Below, in pieces: positions 1 through 12,929 of a DNA stretch of 64,000 bases (its first letter is position 1; every line of letters begins with the position of its first letter). The notes below the pieces were generated by a model. That model had not been told where the DNA came from. It worked only from the letters and a program-made list of their open reading frames with translations, and ran no database searches. This DNA is from Camelus dromedarius (Eukaryota), in contig NC_087437.1 of the NCBI RefSeq assembly GCF_036321535.1, forward strand, positions 99,140,001 to 99,204,000. The letters run 5' to 3'. A program made the position numbers and the translations under genes.

Positions 1-3000
1 GGTGGTCTTTTTACAGTAGGACAGCGTCAAAAATCTACCTGCACAGGTTTCGGTGGCAACCACAAAACCTGTTCTATGGGGAAAAACTGAGACAGAGGAA
101 GTGACTCAGTATATATGCTGATGGGAAATGGGTGATGAATTGGGAGCTCAACTTTTGAGAAGTGTTGATTGTAGTCTAATTCGCAATGCAGAAAAAAGTC
201 ATTTCCAGTCAGATCAGTAGCCAATAAATCAGAAAACATGAGATACTGTGACCCAAGTAAACAGTGGACATTGTTTTCACAACTGACCTGTCTGAAGGCA
301 TAGGTCTCCCTTGCTAGTGAGGGTTCAGGATGGAACTTCATTCCTTAGGTGGTAGAAGGCTACAGGAGTGGGCACAGGGTACTAGGCAGGAACAGGTCAA
401 AACTAAATTATAGGGCCAATTACAGAATGAGAAGACAGAGGAAGCAGAGACGTAACAGCAGCAATTTAGGAGCAAGGAGCTGGCTGTGTGCATCCCTTGA
501 TGGCACCAATTTCTGGCTCTTACTTTAAGTAAGTCATTTTCCCAGAAAAGCCTAACACTTCTTCAGTGGAGCTCTATGAATACAAATGTCTAGTCTAAAC
601 CCTTCTGTCTCTAGGAAATATACTGTTTCTCCCCTTGTAAATGCAGTGATGTATTTGATTTAATATATATGAAGGTAGACATCTTACTATGTATCAGAAG
701 TGAAAGGAGAATATCCCTCAACCAGATTTTATTGTATTGACTTTAAAATATTTTATACCCATTGGTTTACTTTTACAATGTATTATCAAGAGTTTTAGGA
801 GATGATATATAAATGCAAACAGACATTTACAGAAATAGAATAAAAGAACTAACCCCCCCCCCCCCGCTGTGAATACTTTAAAACATTTGTTTTTGCTCTG
901 AATAAAGAGAATATCTCTTGGTAACCTAGAAGGATTCTTGGATTTGGGAGGAAAATCTTAATTGGTCCTTTGGGGAAGACATCATTAATAAATCTAAGGA
1001 AGCAAAGTGGAGATTTCCAAAGTGTCTGTTTTTAGAGTTCTATCCTGGGGTACATAACCTGGACTCTTTGTCTTGTGGCCAGACTTTCATGCCATATATC
1101 TGTTTGTTACTAGATGTGGATGTTGGGGAAGGGGAGCAGCTGGGGGAAAAGGTGGTAATTACAAAATAGAATTACTCTGTTTTTAGTCAACTTGCACCTC
1201 CATAATGAGATAAGTTTCTGCAGCTAGCTAACCTGGCCAAAACTTCATGTAGCAGATGATTGAGTGTGGCATTAGCCAACACCATACTGCTTCCAGCTTC
1301 CTATACTGGGCCTCCCCTCCTGGGTTTATTATATTTCAAGTCTAATTCTCTTCCATCTGGCTTATTACACCAAATATTGCTTTGATTATGGTATGGACAG
1401 GCCATAATATGAGTAAAGTTTCAGAAACATCAAAAATCCTTCCCTTTATCCATTTAGTAAATACTCTGTAAGTTACTTAATGAGCTGTGTTTGAAACCAT
1501 ATATTTGTACTGGACAAAGGGAAAACAAATGCCTTAATTGATGTTAACTAATCTTTTAGATCATCATACAGACGTAAGATGCTGTGCATTTTGCTATAGA
1601 TTATTGGAATTTTTGCTAAGACAAATATAAATCTATGTAACAATGATTATGATTAGTGTAGCAGATAAAATAGAAGGGAAACAGCAGGGAGAAGGCAATG
1701 ATTAAATTTTTAAAATGCATGGGGGAATAAGAAGAGGTTATGTCTCGTTGGTATGTTGCTAGCATTTCCCAGGGATCCAGGTCCTTCCTGGCAGCCAGGT
1801 AGGCTTCCTTACTGAATTGTGTCTGGGTTGGTAACCCAGTTAGTTGGCAGTAGGTACTAACCAGACTAAAGTTAGAGATTCATTCTCCCATAATTGACCA
1901 TAAATCTTACCTTTATTTCTAAAATTGAGTTTCAATTATATTCTATTGGTAAAAGTTATGTATTGGTGGTTCCTCAGAATTGACCTCAAATTCTGGGGAA
2001 ACTACTAGATACCTTTTACTAAGAGTGGACTAGTGGCATAATTTTCATATTCAGAGGACAGTGTGGGATAATGGGCTTGAAAGAGTGAGGAAGAGGCTTA
2101 CAGCCAGCACAATGCAGGCAGCCCTTTGGAAGTTTTCTGATAAAGTCACCCTGTTCTGATTGGGGGGGGGCTGGAATATATATATTGTCAGTTACCTAAA
2201 TGAAACCAAGTTTACAGGAGTCTAAGGCATAGACAGGAATGCCATTTTTATTTGTTTTTTTAAGATAAATATTATTTCCATTTAGACTAGATATGTTGTT
2301 GATAGGCTATAATGTGCTCTGCCTATAGGCACCTGAAGCCAAGTCACAACTGGAATATTTCTTAGTGAGTAGAGTCAGAATAAGTGATTTATCCTGGACA
2401 AGAGAACTTCAAATGCACCTCTCCCCGGAAGACAGGTGTTAATAATATGGTCTATTCTCAACTCAGATCTGGTCATAGGACTCATTTCTTTATTAGAACA
2501 TCAGTGTTCAGTGAATTCCTCAATTATCCATTTATAAATTGTTGCTTAGTTTGATTAATTAACAAATGGCAAACTTCAGTTATTATATGTTAACTAGATT
2601 AGATTAATTCTGAGGGGTGAGATGCATCACTATCACCCTTTTGCTTAAGGCTGCAAAAGAATGAAAGTAAAAAACTTCACATAGCTTCTCTGTGAACATG
2701 TTTTTCATGTTTGGAGCTGTGTAGAGACTTTAAAAGGAGAATCTGACCTCCTATGATTTACCTAATTGCTCCCAGCACTAACAATATTGAGAAGAGAAGC
2801 CCCTATTATTTCAAAGACTTTTAGCATATTTTAAAAATAGTCTCTATCAACAGTTACAGAATATTATTAAACAAGGATTTTATTATATAATTTACTCATT
2901 CGCTGTTGTCTAGTACAATTATTTAGTACTATAAAATCATTTTTCCATTAGATGTAATAGCTCCCAAGGAAATGGAATATATCAAACCATGGAGTAACCT

Positions 3001-3827
3001 GAGATTTAAAGGGATTAACTAAATAAAAATAACAAGATTGTGAGACATGAGGTTTTTCATTTAATTTTTTTCCACACATTTCCTGTAACTTCATATAATA
3101 ACTTTTTCTTGTGTGATGGCTTTTTTGAAGTTGTGACGAGAGACAAGATATCATCCGATTTCCTATTTCTTAGTGTACTTGCTTCATCTGGTGGCTGTCA
3201 TGCTGCGATTTCCTGGTGAACGTGGGAGGGGTGGTTACTTCTGTGGTGTCTGTCGATTCCTTATCAACAATCAGTGTCAGTACCTTTCTGCCACTTGTGA
3301 GACTCACACTAGTCTTACAATAGCACATTTTTTTCCCTTCTTAGTCTTCAGGAGTCAAGAATGAGAGTTCTTTGTTACAGTACTTATAATTCCATCTCAT
3401 AACTCATGAAGAGGTGCTTCTATCTTCCACTAGAAAATATAGACACTTTATTTCATGCACAGCTGTAAATCCATGACCACATTTTCACTTGGTCAAATGT
3501 AAGGAATAACTGCTGTTCATATGCCAAATATGGAATAGATTGCCTTGGTAGATGGCCACCAAAGGCATTGGAAATCAGGCGTGGTGATTTCTTTGATGAA
3601 ATTGATGAACATTTCTTTAATCAAAACTTTCCACTTTATCATCTGTCCCTTTGGTTTTCATATTGTTAGGAAAATTTTGCCACATATTGTGAATTTCATA
3701 AAATTATTACATAGTGCATTTAAGAAATTAAATGTGAAAACATTGGCAGTCATCCATAAATAACAATATACAACTTTCCATTTTTTCCATGGGTTTTAAC
3801 ATTAAGATTTTTCACAATAAATAATTT

Positions 3828-4110
3828 GTAGCCGCTGATTGGTAAACACAGTGGTTTATGGACTATCTATTTCTACCTTCTTCCTTGCAACTACAACCCC
3901 CACTTGCGGAGGATGGCAACATTCCTATGTCATAAAATATCGTCACATGATAAAATATTATTGCTCTTAACAACATGTGACATTCCTGACCCCTTTTGCC
4001 ATATACTGAGTTTTTAGGCTCTACTGTAACTAAAAGAAACCATGTGACCAAATTTCAGCAAATAAAATAAAAGGAAAATCCACTGTTGGATTTGGGGAAA
4101 GATTTTGTTG
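3828..4110 (+). mobile_element. Old MaLR LTR fragment (MLT1K/L-like)
   Basis: Begins TGTAG and contains the MLT1-type block 'ccatgtgaccaaatttcagcaaataaaataaaaggaaaatcc...tggggaaagatttt'. Boundaries approximate. Confidence 0.5.
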
Positions 4111-5098
4111 AAAGCTGCCGTCTGAAGTGGAAAGCCTCAGACACCCAACCAACAATGACACCAAGATTCATCCACCTGCACTGCCTGCCAGCAGACTCCT
4201 ACTGGAGGAGAAAGCCTTTCAAAGTGAATGATGGGGGCTATGAAATGTATATGATGCACCAAGGGAATAGGGATTTAGTCATTGTTTGAGCATATGATTG
4301 GACATTCCAGGATAATGTGTGGTAGGTGATGGCCAGATATCTGCATCAAATCATTATCTTAATCGTATTCCCATTCTTGGACCCTGTACAGCTTTGAATA
4401 AGAATAGCTTCGTCTGTCATTGGGATCTAATGTGAACTCTTTTGGGGAAAGATGGATGAGGAGGAATAAAGGACATGCAGAGGAGAAGTACCTCTTTTCC
4501 TTCCTGATCAGCTACCATCATCAGCAGCAGCAGCATCATCATCAAATACCCACATTATGAGTGTGGTAGGGAGCATATGCTTATGGTTTAAGTAATCACA
4601 AGATTAATCCCTTTTATTGTTTCCTTCCCAAGTCTGTATAGACTCCTTGTATAGGAATAGCAAAGAGCCCTCGATTACCTGGGATATGGTAGCTTTTATA
4701 ATTATAGAATTTTTATAGAGAAAATGGTGTACTTGGGGGAGATCCAAGTTTTAATTAGGATAAGAAGATAAAGTCTATGTAAACTGCTTAAACATGTGGG
4801 AGTGTTTGATTTCAGAAGTGAAGGACAAGGAAGTGCAGTTGTAAGTGAATGCATCTATGATGATGGGTGAGGCAGAAATAGGACGTGATGAATGTGGGAG
4901 AGCAGGATAGGATAAAACAGAGTAGATGTAGCTGAAGAAGGTTGTATTACATTGAATGACGCAGGCCTCAGGGATAAAAATTATATTTGGGATGGCCCTG
5001 GCATTCTATAACATACTTTTAGTGTTAAATATTTTGCTTAGCATCTTTCACATTGTTCAGTAAATGGTGACCTGTGCAGAAAAGGAATGTTTTTAGTA

Positions 5099-5572
5099 CA
5101 GGTCTCCCTTGACTTGTAATGAGATTATGTCCCTATAATAAACCTACCATAAGTTGAAAATATTGTATGGTGAAGATACATTTAGTATACCTAACCTAAC
5201 ATCATAGCTCAGCACAGCTTACCTTAAACATGCTCAGAACACTTACCTTAGCCTACACTTGGGCAAAGTCATCTAACACAAAGCCTATTTTATAATAAAG
5301 TGTTGACTATTTCACATGACTGACTACTGTACTGAAAGTGAGAGGCAGAATGGTTGTAAGTGTATCAATTGTTCACTCTTGTGATCATGTGGCTGACCGG
5401 GAGCTTCCCACTGCCCAGCATCACGAGAGAAGATTGTACTGTATATTACTAGCCCAGGAAAAGATCAAAATTCAAAATTTGATGTACAGTTTCTACTGAA
5501 TTTGTATTGCTTTTGAGCCATCATAAAGACATAAAATCATGAATAAATTCATCATAATTAAAGGATGGTCTG
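5099..5572 (+). mobile_element. Tigger5/MER47-family non-autonomous DNA transposon (TcMar-Tigger)
   Basis: CAG...CTG termini with TA on both sides (ta|caggtctcccttgactt ... ggatggtctg|ta). Internal 'accttaaacatgctcagaacacttaccttagcctacacttgggcaaa' matches the MER47/Tigger5 consensus as recalled. Confidence 0.85.
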
Positions 5573-5906
5573 TATAGTATTTGTATTTTAATAAGTTCTA
5601 AGTTGGAGCAAGTGATTTAAAATTCTGCTTTTGAGAGTTCTTAAATTTTTTTTTAAATTTAGGTCACTCTATTGTAGGAGTTTATTTTTATTCAACTTAG
5701 AATTTATATTTTTATTCACTCTGGGATTTGTGTTTACTCAACATTAATTTCATTCAGTGGAGGAATGAGATGTAATGAATAATTAAAATTTCAAGAGAGG
5801 ATGTGATTAGTAAGGGCAAATTTTATCATTTCCTAGCTGACCCTGTACATATTAGCATAATTTAGATTTTTTTGGTGGATAACATTTTTTTCTCCCAAAT
5901 GTTTTA

Positions 5907-6055
5907 TTTATTTTTTAATTTTTTTACACTTTTTTTGGGGGGAGCAGGTAATTAGTTTTACTTATTTGTTTATTTTTAATGAAGGTATTGGGGATCAAAC
6001 CCAGGACCTCATGTATGCTAAACACGAGCTCTACCACTGAGCTATACCCTTCCCC
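5907..6055 (-). mobile_element. tRNA-derived SINE, camelid Vic-1-like
   Basis: Reverse complement reads GGGGAAGGGTATAGCTCAGTGGTAGAG...GGTCCTGGGTTTGATCCCC (Pol III A/B boxes), then an A-rich tail. 17-bp TSD ttctcccaaatgtttta (5890-5906) / tactctcaaatgtttta (6056-6072). Confidence 0.9.
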
Positions 6056-8274
6056 TACTCTCAAATGTTTTAAATCTCTCTCTCTATATATATATGTTCA
6101 CAAAAACAATGTAAATTTTAATTATTATTTTTTATGCCAATCTTTGTAGTCAGTTATTTTCCTTTTTTAGATACAGAAAATCTGAGGCATTTAGTTGAAT
6201 CTACTCTGCCATATATGCAGAACTTCCTTTTATTTTACATTCCTCGTTTGAACTTAGTTGAAATTCCTGTTTTTCATCAATAAAGGATAACGTGCCTGAC
6301 TGTGATGTGTGAGGAATGTACATAGTTCACTGAAGCAAAGGCTGAAGCCACCTTCACTTAGGCTGCCTTTTTAGAACCAGAACGTTATGATCTCTGTTTT
6401 AGTCAATGTCCTTTGACATTTTGCCAGCTTTCAAACATACTATTATTGTAGCAAGAGCAATTGCTCCAATCACCTAATCAACCTCACTAACTTCAAATTA
6501 AAGGGGGTATAAGTCATCCTACTGTAATGTCTTAGGGGCTGTTCTGTAAAGAAAATGAGAAGCCAGGTTTCCTTGTGACACTACAAGCAGTGGCTGTCCT
6601 TGTCTCTTCCTTGTCCCCTGAGATGACTGTGATTCTGGTAAGTTGGAGGGCCAGACGTCTAAGTTGTGTATGGCTAGGTTCAATCTTACTATTCAGGAAG
6701 AAAACTGTGACCTACTGGATCTTCTTACTCATAGGTCAAAAGTTAGTTTCTATGAAATTAGTTTCATCGCTTGGTAGTTTTAATAAAACTTGAGAAAGTC
6801 ATATGAATCATTAGATAACAGTTAATCAATATTTTTAGAGCAGTCCAACTTCATTTTCATCTTTGGAATGGTACCTTGAATGTGATCTTTCATTGCATAT
6901 TTTAACCTGTAAAGTCTTTCATCTTTGTTAGCTTTTTTTCAGATGGAAACAGAGCAAAACTACAGATAGGATCCAATTTTACTAAATATAAACATCTTGA
7001 AAAACCAGCATCCTTAATGATACATGAAGGAGTATGTCTAATTAAAGATAAAAACCTACATTATTATTTTCTTTTTTACAGTGTGTAATCTCAGAGGACA
7101 AAGTTTAAGTCAGCCTTGGGTTTGGTGCCAACAGAATGCTCCTGAAAGGTTCTAGCTTTTAAGCATCATCTCTTCACAATGCAGAGGGAGTTCACAAGTC
7201 TCTCTTGTAGGTGAAGGTGCTGTGCTTCTGTCACATAGACTGCTTTGGAAGGTGCGTTGCCTACTAAAGTGTTTTAGTAACAACTTAACAGGGAAAACTA
7301 TGCTCCAATGTGTTCAAGTTTCCTTCCCTGATTATAATTCTTCAGAGGCTGGGATCTGAGCAAGCCACTCTATTTCTGGAAGACTGTTATTTGATGAGAA
7401 GTACCTATAAACACTTCCTTCAGACATCCCATTTCCTAGCGGGTTCCAATCACACTTACCTTTTCTGCAAACATATAAATGCCATTCGTTGATATAGTAT
7501 TTTCGTTTATTCTGTGAATCAGCATCAATTCATTTTAATGACAATGATAATAATATCAATAATTATCATTAACCATTAGCATTATAAAAACTATCACAAT
7601 CACTTATATGTCTATAATTATCTAAATAACTTTGATTACTAATAATTTAATGCTATCCAACACATTGCTAAGTTGTTTCCATATAATGTTATTCCATATG
7701 CTAAATCTTGTAAGGAAATGTCACTTCTGGAATAGAAAAATACTTAATGTTCATAGTTTTTTAATTAATAAACTATTATCTGAGAGATTTTAATTCTGTG
7801 AGGGAAAAGAATGATCATGTCATCACTGAATTCTTTGCTGGAAACAAACTAACAAGTCACTTAGCCCAGAAAGCTCTTTATTACAGACGAAGGAACTTAT
7901 GTGACTGACTCCTTGTTTATTAATGAAACTATTAACAGGAAATGCAATTTTGAAGGAAAACACAGACTGAATACATAAAACTCTTTTTGAGAGGTGAGCC
8001 TTCACAAATAATTGAATACTAATTATTTGTAGTCACTAAAGTTTGGTTAATATTGAAAGGGTAAATTTTATGATTCTCTCAGGAGAATTTTTAATAAACT
8101 AATTAGGGCCGTAATCACCCCTGAATGAACTCTGTACAGCCTGTTACAGTAGGAGCTGTATTTAGAGAAGAGGATTTGCTGTAAAGTGGAAGGAACACAG
8201 GATTTAGAAGTAGGACATTTGGCTTCTGTTTCTGCATTCGCCTCTCTCTGCAACAGAAATAACTGAAGAGAAAA

Positions 8275-8745
8275 AGTGGGGTAGGGGGTATCAGAAACAT
8301 CTCTGTACCTTCTGCTCCATTTTGCTGTGAAACTTTAACACTCTGAAAAATAGTCTATTAAAAAAAATGATCAGTGGTTGCCAGGGGTTAGGGGGAAGGA
8401 AGAATTACTTGGCAGAGCACAAAGGATTTTTAGGGCAGTGAAACTATTCTGCATGTACTGTAATTGTGGAGGCCTGTTATTACCTATTTGTTAAAACCTA
8501 TAGAAGATATCACACCAAGAATGAGCCCTAATGTGAACTATGGACTTTAAGTGATAATGATGTGTCAATTCAAGTTCATCAACTGCAACAAATGTAGCAC
8601 ACTGGAGCAGGATTTTGATAGTGGCAGAGGTTGAGTGTATGTGGGGCAGGAGATGTATGGGAAATCTCTCTACCTTCTGCTCAATTTTGTGGTGAACTGC
8701 TCTAAAAAATAAAGTCTGTTTTTTTTTTTTTTCAAAAAAAGAAAA
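8275..8745 (+). mobile_element. L1MC-type LINE-1 3' ends, two in tandem
   Basis: 'gatcagtggttgccaggggttaggggg...ccctaatgtgaactatggact...tctctaccttctgctcaattttg...ctctaaaaaataaagtct' is typical L1MC 3' UTR. A shorter copy of the terminal ~90 bp lies at 8275-8368. Confidence 0.85.
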
Positions 8746-9159
8746 AGCAGTGAAAAAATCATAAGCTTTGTTATTATTTTAAATTCTAAGGAGGGCACAG
8801 AACCTTTATTAAAAAAAAAAAAGTTTCAACCACATGATAGATTTCTATTTCTATTGTGGAGAAAAGATAAGAACATTTCTGAGTAGAATTTAGATTAAAT
8901 ATGAATCCAAATATTTAATTAAACTTTGACATATAATAGCAAAATATGTTCTGGGTTACCCTTTGCAGTGTATATATTTAAAATAATTTAGATGCATAAA
9001 GAGCTGTAGGAGAGGAATATTGAAGTCAGGTTGAGAAGATAAAGGATTGATTGGTCATTTTAGGTCCCATCCACTCTATTGTCCCATAATTTCTATGGTT
9101 ATGATGGTACTCATACACATGATTTATTATAAAGTTATTTATTATGTACTTATTCCTCC

Positions 9160-9620
9160 TTTAATGAAATATTTATTGAGTAATGGAGTACTCCAGGACT
9201 TGCCAGATTCTGAGAGGCAAAAAGAGGTGATGGCTCAGCCTTTGCCCTTAAAATCTTATTGTGTCAAAAGATCCAGTCAAGGACACAATTAGAATACAGT
9301 CTGAGAAGTGCTGTAATACAGAAACAGTATGAGAATGAAGATTCTGAAGAAATGGATGTAAGCCAGACAGAGGTAAGGGAAAAATGTTTCCTTTTTCTGA
9401 ATAGCCAAGGATATGTATGACTTCGGACTGATAAATGCATAGATCTCATCCATGATACCTGAGCTCATGTGTATTTCCGTTATCAATGGGCAAACTTCTT
9501 AAAGAATGGAGACGGGTCTTCTTTTTCTATAGAAAAAAAGACATCTACACAAAATAATGATACATATACATTGCTTTCCCTGATATATGGAAGATGTTCA
9601 CTCACAGTTCAGTTTCTTTT
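9160..9620. mobile_element. L2 3'-end fragments in both orientations
   Basis: 'aatatttattgagtaa' followed by L2-like minus-strand sequence, then a plus-strand L2 tail-like segment. Highly diverged. Confidence 0.45.
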
Positions 9621-9790
9621 GTCTTGAATAACGGTGTATAAATTGTAGCATGCATAATGTCATGTCTTTGCATGATTTTATTTCTTTTTGTTCATTTTAT
9701 TTCGTTTTGTTCATTTCTACAAAGAGTAAATCTTATGGAATTTCTTGTATACACTGAGGATTAAAAACTGATTCTTTGGCTTTAATAATA

Positions 9791-10077
9791 TAGTCAGCCC
9801 TCTGTGTCTGACAATTCTACATCCTTGGATTCAATTAGCCAACAGCAGATCAAAAATATTCAGGAGGGAAAAAAAACCAAACAACTCCAGAAAACTCCAA
9901 AAAGCAAAGCTTGAATTTGCTGAGTGATGTTACCTATTTACATAACATTTACATTGTATTAGGTATTATAAGCAAGTCTAGAGATGATTTAACATATATG
10001 GGAGGCTGTGCATAGCTTAGATTTTGGTATCCACAGGGTCCCAAAACCAATCTCCCATGGATAGCATGGGATAACTC
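9791..10077 (+). mobile_element. MER2-family DNA transposon (TcMar-Tigger)
   Basis: 'agtcagccctctgtgtct...ggattcaa', 'tttacattgtattaggtattataag...tctagagatgattta' and 'ttttggtatccacagggtccc...ccaatctcccatggata'. TA flanks on both sides. Confidence 0.85.
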
Positions 10078-10229
10078 TATTAATAATGTGAGAGTTGTTT
10101 GTTACTGAATCTAAAAGTAGATGGCCTTTAGCTTACATAAAATTCAAATTGCATGAGCCTTGGCAGAATAATAATGGTATAAAGTAGAGTGTCTGACTTA
10201 TAACCTGTTCTTTGATCAGATTCGTGAAC

Positions 10230-10710
10230 ATTTATTAACATGGCCTCATCCACTAGAATGCCCTACTCAAACACATTCACCTGTCAAAACTCTGACTATG
10301 CTTTTCATTTTCAAAAACTGCTGGGGAGTGGGTATAGCTCTGTGGTAGAGTGCATGCCTAGCATGCATGAGGATCTGGGTTCAATCCCCAGCACCTCCAT
10401 TTAAATAAACATAATTTCCTCCTACCCCCACCCTCCCCCCCCCAAAAAAAACAAAAGCTGCCGACAATACTATATTTTCTATTCAATCACTCTAGAAGTA
10501 GATGTTTCCTTATGTGAACTACCACAATTCCCTGCTACTTCTGTTCCTGAATCACTTATTTTTATTTTGCTTTTTTTGTATATTTATATGTACCACTAGT
10601 GTCTAGATTGTAAATTCTTTTCAAGGCTAAAATATGTCTCATTTACTCCTGTGGTGCCCATCTCAGGGCATGTAATAGGTCTTCACCAAAGGTATTAACT
10701 AAATGAATGG
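10230..10710 (+). mobile_element. L2 3' remnant interrupted by a SINE
   Basis: 'ctagattgtaaattctttt...catgtaataggtcttcaccaaaggtattaactaaatgaatg' resembles the L2 terminal motif. Confidence 0.6.
10323..10452 (+). mobile_element. tRNA-derived SINE, camelid Vic-1-like
   Basis: GGGGAGTGGGTATAGCTCTGTGGTAGAG...CTGGGTTCAATCCCCAGCACCTCC, then C-run and A tail. Imperfect TSD aaaaactgctg / aaaagctgccg. Sits inside an L2 remnant. Confidence 0.9.
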
Positions 10711-11149
10711 CAAGATATTGGGGAATTTCTTTAGGTAAAATTATGTATATTACAAGTAGTTAAAAGTTAAATCGAAGATGCTAAGGCAGTTTAAATTTTT
10801 CTCCCCAGACTTTAGCTTTAAGAATCATACTTCTCTAACCTAGGTTTTTTCTTATTATCATGCTTTAGGCCTTAAGATTGACGGTCCAGGTTAATGGCCT
10901 GAGGTGACTTTATATGAAAAGCTTTTGCTGATGAGGGCCAGATAATAATCTTTCTCTCTCCTGGGTTCACAGACAGCTGACTGGTTCTGTGTTTGTGCTG
11001 AGCTGTGCTAGATCTGCTCAGTTGATATGAGGGATGGTGGGTTCCAGGTAGGACGCCAGGACCTGGTGTTTACAGCAAAACAGACCTTTGCGGTAGTTGG
11101 CAACTTTCATCATTAATGTTTATATTTCAGCACATGAGTACATTTAATA

Positions 11150-12520
11150 CTACTACTAAAAAGAGTTGTTATTATTATTATTTTAAACCAGAGAGGTAAA
11201 TGTACTTCACTCTTTTTTTTTTTTTCCCCCTGCCATTTCTAATTGGCTGTTAAGTCTAGCCAGTAAATTCCCCATTTAAAATGTATTTTTTGATCCTGGA
11301 TATTCTATTACATTCTTTTTTAGATTTTTCCTTTCTCTAGTGTGATTTTCCTCATTCATTCATTATGTCTGTATTTTTCCTTCAGTTTTTGCATATATTT
11401 ATAATATACATTTATTCACAATAACCTCAGTTATAAATACTTTCTTTATAACCAAGGTTATTTATCTGCTAATTCCAGCATCTGAGTTGTTGAGGTTGAG
11501 GTTTGGCCTATTGTTTGCTTTTTCTCCTGAGAGACCCTGAGTTCTGGAACTTTCTTCTGAAGAGTGCTGATGTGTGTTCAAGCAGGCAGTTACCTTGATT
11601 GGGTTTGACTCTAAACCCTGTCTCCCCGGAAATGGGCAGCTACTGAAACCGCTCCACTCTCGCATTTGACACAAAACCTTGCAGTCCCTGTTGGAGGAGG
11701 TCATCAGGAGGGCATGACAGCCAGTTGACCCAGGAGCTGGACCAGGGCAGCAAGAGGCTCTTCAGTCCTTCCCTGTCCTTGGCATGTACATTTTGCCCGC
11801 TATCCCAGGCACTAGGGGCCATTTTAAGGGTGCAGCCTTGAGAGAATATTTGTTATGGAGACCACCTGGACAGTACACAGGACTGAACCCAGATAGGGTC
11901 TCTATACAAACTTGAAGATTCTTGGTGGGCAGGGGCCGAAAGCTATTCCTCTTGCAGCTGCTCAATACAAGGCTTGAAGTAAGTTCCCTTGCTTATTAAA
12001 CCTGCCACCTTCCGATCTGGAGCGGCTGCCTCTTTCTTGGATTTCTCCCTGCCTTTCTGATAGGGGGGCCAGTTGCAGATTTCACCCAGGGAACGTCTGA
12101 GGTTGCAAACCGGCAAGCAGTTTCCCCTACCCTCCACTGCACCGCTGGCATATCCTGGGATAAGCCAAGATGTTTGATCAAGTTTACACACAGTTATGAG
12201 GATCTCCCTTACTGTGGTCTTTTTTCTTTGATTTTCTCCTCTCAGTTTTCAGCCTTTTAGCATCCAAAACTTCATCCTCAGCAAGTCTGAGCCTTTGCAT
12301 GTGTGTTAGTCCCCTTCATCCCCCTCCCTGGGTCTTGCCTGGTGGGCATCCTCAGCCATAAATGCTAGAAACAAGGATTTCACCTGGTGAGGCTCCTTTC
12401 TTTCCTGAAAAAGTCAAATGCCCTCCAGTTCCTTCCTGCTCTTGCTTGCTCTCCAGGGTTTCCTCAGAGTTACTTTCCATACTTCGTTCAGAATTTTGAA
12501 TAGTTATGGGTTCAATATAA
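11150..12520 (-). mobile_element. Ancient L1 (L1M-type) 5'/ORF1-region remnant interrupted by an LTR
   Basis: T-rich L1 antisense character ('tttagatttttcctttctctagtgtgattttcctcattc', 'tgctaattccagcatctgagtt'). Boundaries approximate. Confidence 0.5.
11689..12115 (+). mobile_element. ERVL-class solo LTR (MER76/MER77-like)
   Basis: TG...CA ends (tgttggaggagg ... ggttgcaaaccggca), higher GC than flanks, ATTAAA polyA signal at 11995-12000 in 'aagttcccttgcttattaaacctgccacc'. No TSD visible. Confidence 0.65.
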
Positions 12521-12929
12521 ATGACTCCATCATTCTCATAGAATAAATTTAATTATGAAGGTTCATATTGTGTGTCATCCTGTGAAAAGGAAATCTGAAA
12601 CAAAGAGAGAAAAATAGCTTAAACTCTCCGAGAGTAGCTCTATTATTAGGGGAGATACAGAATTAAGCCAGGAGAAATAGTCTGCTTTCTCTGAGGGGAA
12701 TTTAATTTGATTGCAGAATGGTATATAAATTGAAATGTAATTATTTATTTGATCAGTTTTATTAACATATGTAGAAAATAATTGAATATTTTATTAAAGA
12801 TAAGGAAGAAAGAAGCTCTAAATCAAGCTAATAAGCATTTATTGAACACATTTACATACTTTCCCCTTAAAAAAAATCACTTTCTATTTCATAAAGAGAA
12901 AACAGTGGTGTTCCTAATCTTTCCAGGTC

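Noticed and set aside
6943..7150. Two closely spaced AG-bounded exon-like segments
   Set aside because: The intervening intron would be only ~50 bp, the donors are weak and the peptide is unrecognised.
8068..8300. Minus-strand terminal coding exon
   Set aside because: The acceptor region abuts L1 sequence, and neither open frame resembles a known protein.
10323..10400. tRNA gene (also 5980-6055 and 49392-49470)
   Set aside because: The A/B boxes belong to SINE heads, each followed by a SINE body and A-rich tail and flanked by TSDs.
11462..12191. Processed pseudogene suggested by overlapping GC-rich ORFs
   Set aside because: Better explained by an LTR with TG/CA ends and an ATTAAA signal. 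The peptides resemble nothing I recognise.
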